DNA of 63,314 nt, the filler included, from Octopus bimaculoides (taxonomy: Eukaryota): assembly GCF_001194135.2 (NCBI RefSeq). It is 6 parts of 5 records of this genome, joined end to end, with 100 filler letters (N's around TTAATTAATTAA, not from the genome) between each part and the next. Parts side by side here need not be neighbours in the genome. Positions count along the whole stretch, not along the records: positions 55,817 to 63,314 come from NC_068981.1; 5 more parts are not named here. One strand, written 5' to 3'. Position 1 is the first letter of the stretch. The number at the start of each line of letters is the position of its first letter. Of this stretch, positions 63,201 to 63,314 are shown piece after piece. The position numbers and the translations under genes were made by a program. A model generated the notes under the pieces. That model worked only from the letters and a program-made list of their open reading frames with translations. It did no database searches and was not told where the DNA came from.

Positions 63201-63314
63201 CATTTATGTTTTATGTAGTGTTTTTGGTACCGAAACACTTTCAAACTTCGTATACTTGTATATTTTGTGTTATAGAACAGATAAAATTTTTTGTATTCGA
63301 AGTTATTTCATGTT

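Overview
AT-rich animal genomic DNA, very rich in microsatellites and repeats, with roughly 10% N gaps. The repeat landscape (tRNA-derived SINEs with internal (GT)n, R4/Dong, RTE, Tx1, Penelope, mariner) looks like an octopus draft scaffold; this assignment is from recall of octopus repeats and was not searched. I can support no host protein-coding exon, RNA gene or CRISPR array. Nearly all long ORFs in the track are translated microsatellites or read through N gaps. What is recognisable is decayed mobile DNA: four mariner pieces, at least seven R4/Dong-clade (RLE) fragments, RTE, Tx1, a Gypsy integrase, a Penelope-like element, MITEs and many SINEs. Best leads: (1) a cluster of minimal type I hammerhead ribozyme motifs at 51-62.5 kb, including a near-intact one at 55955-55999; it sits in a short repeat whose paralog at 51 kb has different but still pairing stems; (2) an R4/Dong copy with twin-priming-like inversion geometry (45.56-48.37 kb); (3) a Penelope element with an inverted terminal arm whose (AAT)n was hit by Dong elements; (4) a sharp CpG-decay boundary near 16.5 kb; (5) a 450-bp foldback element. 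Element boundaries are estimated by eye.
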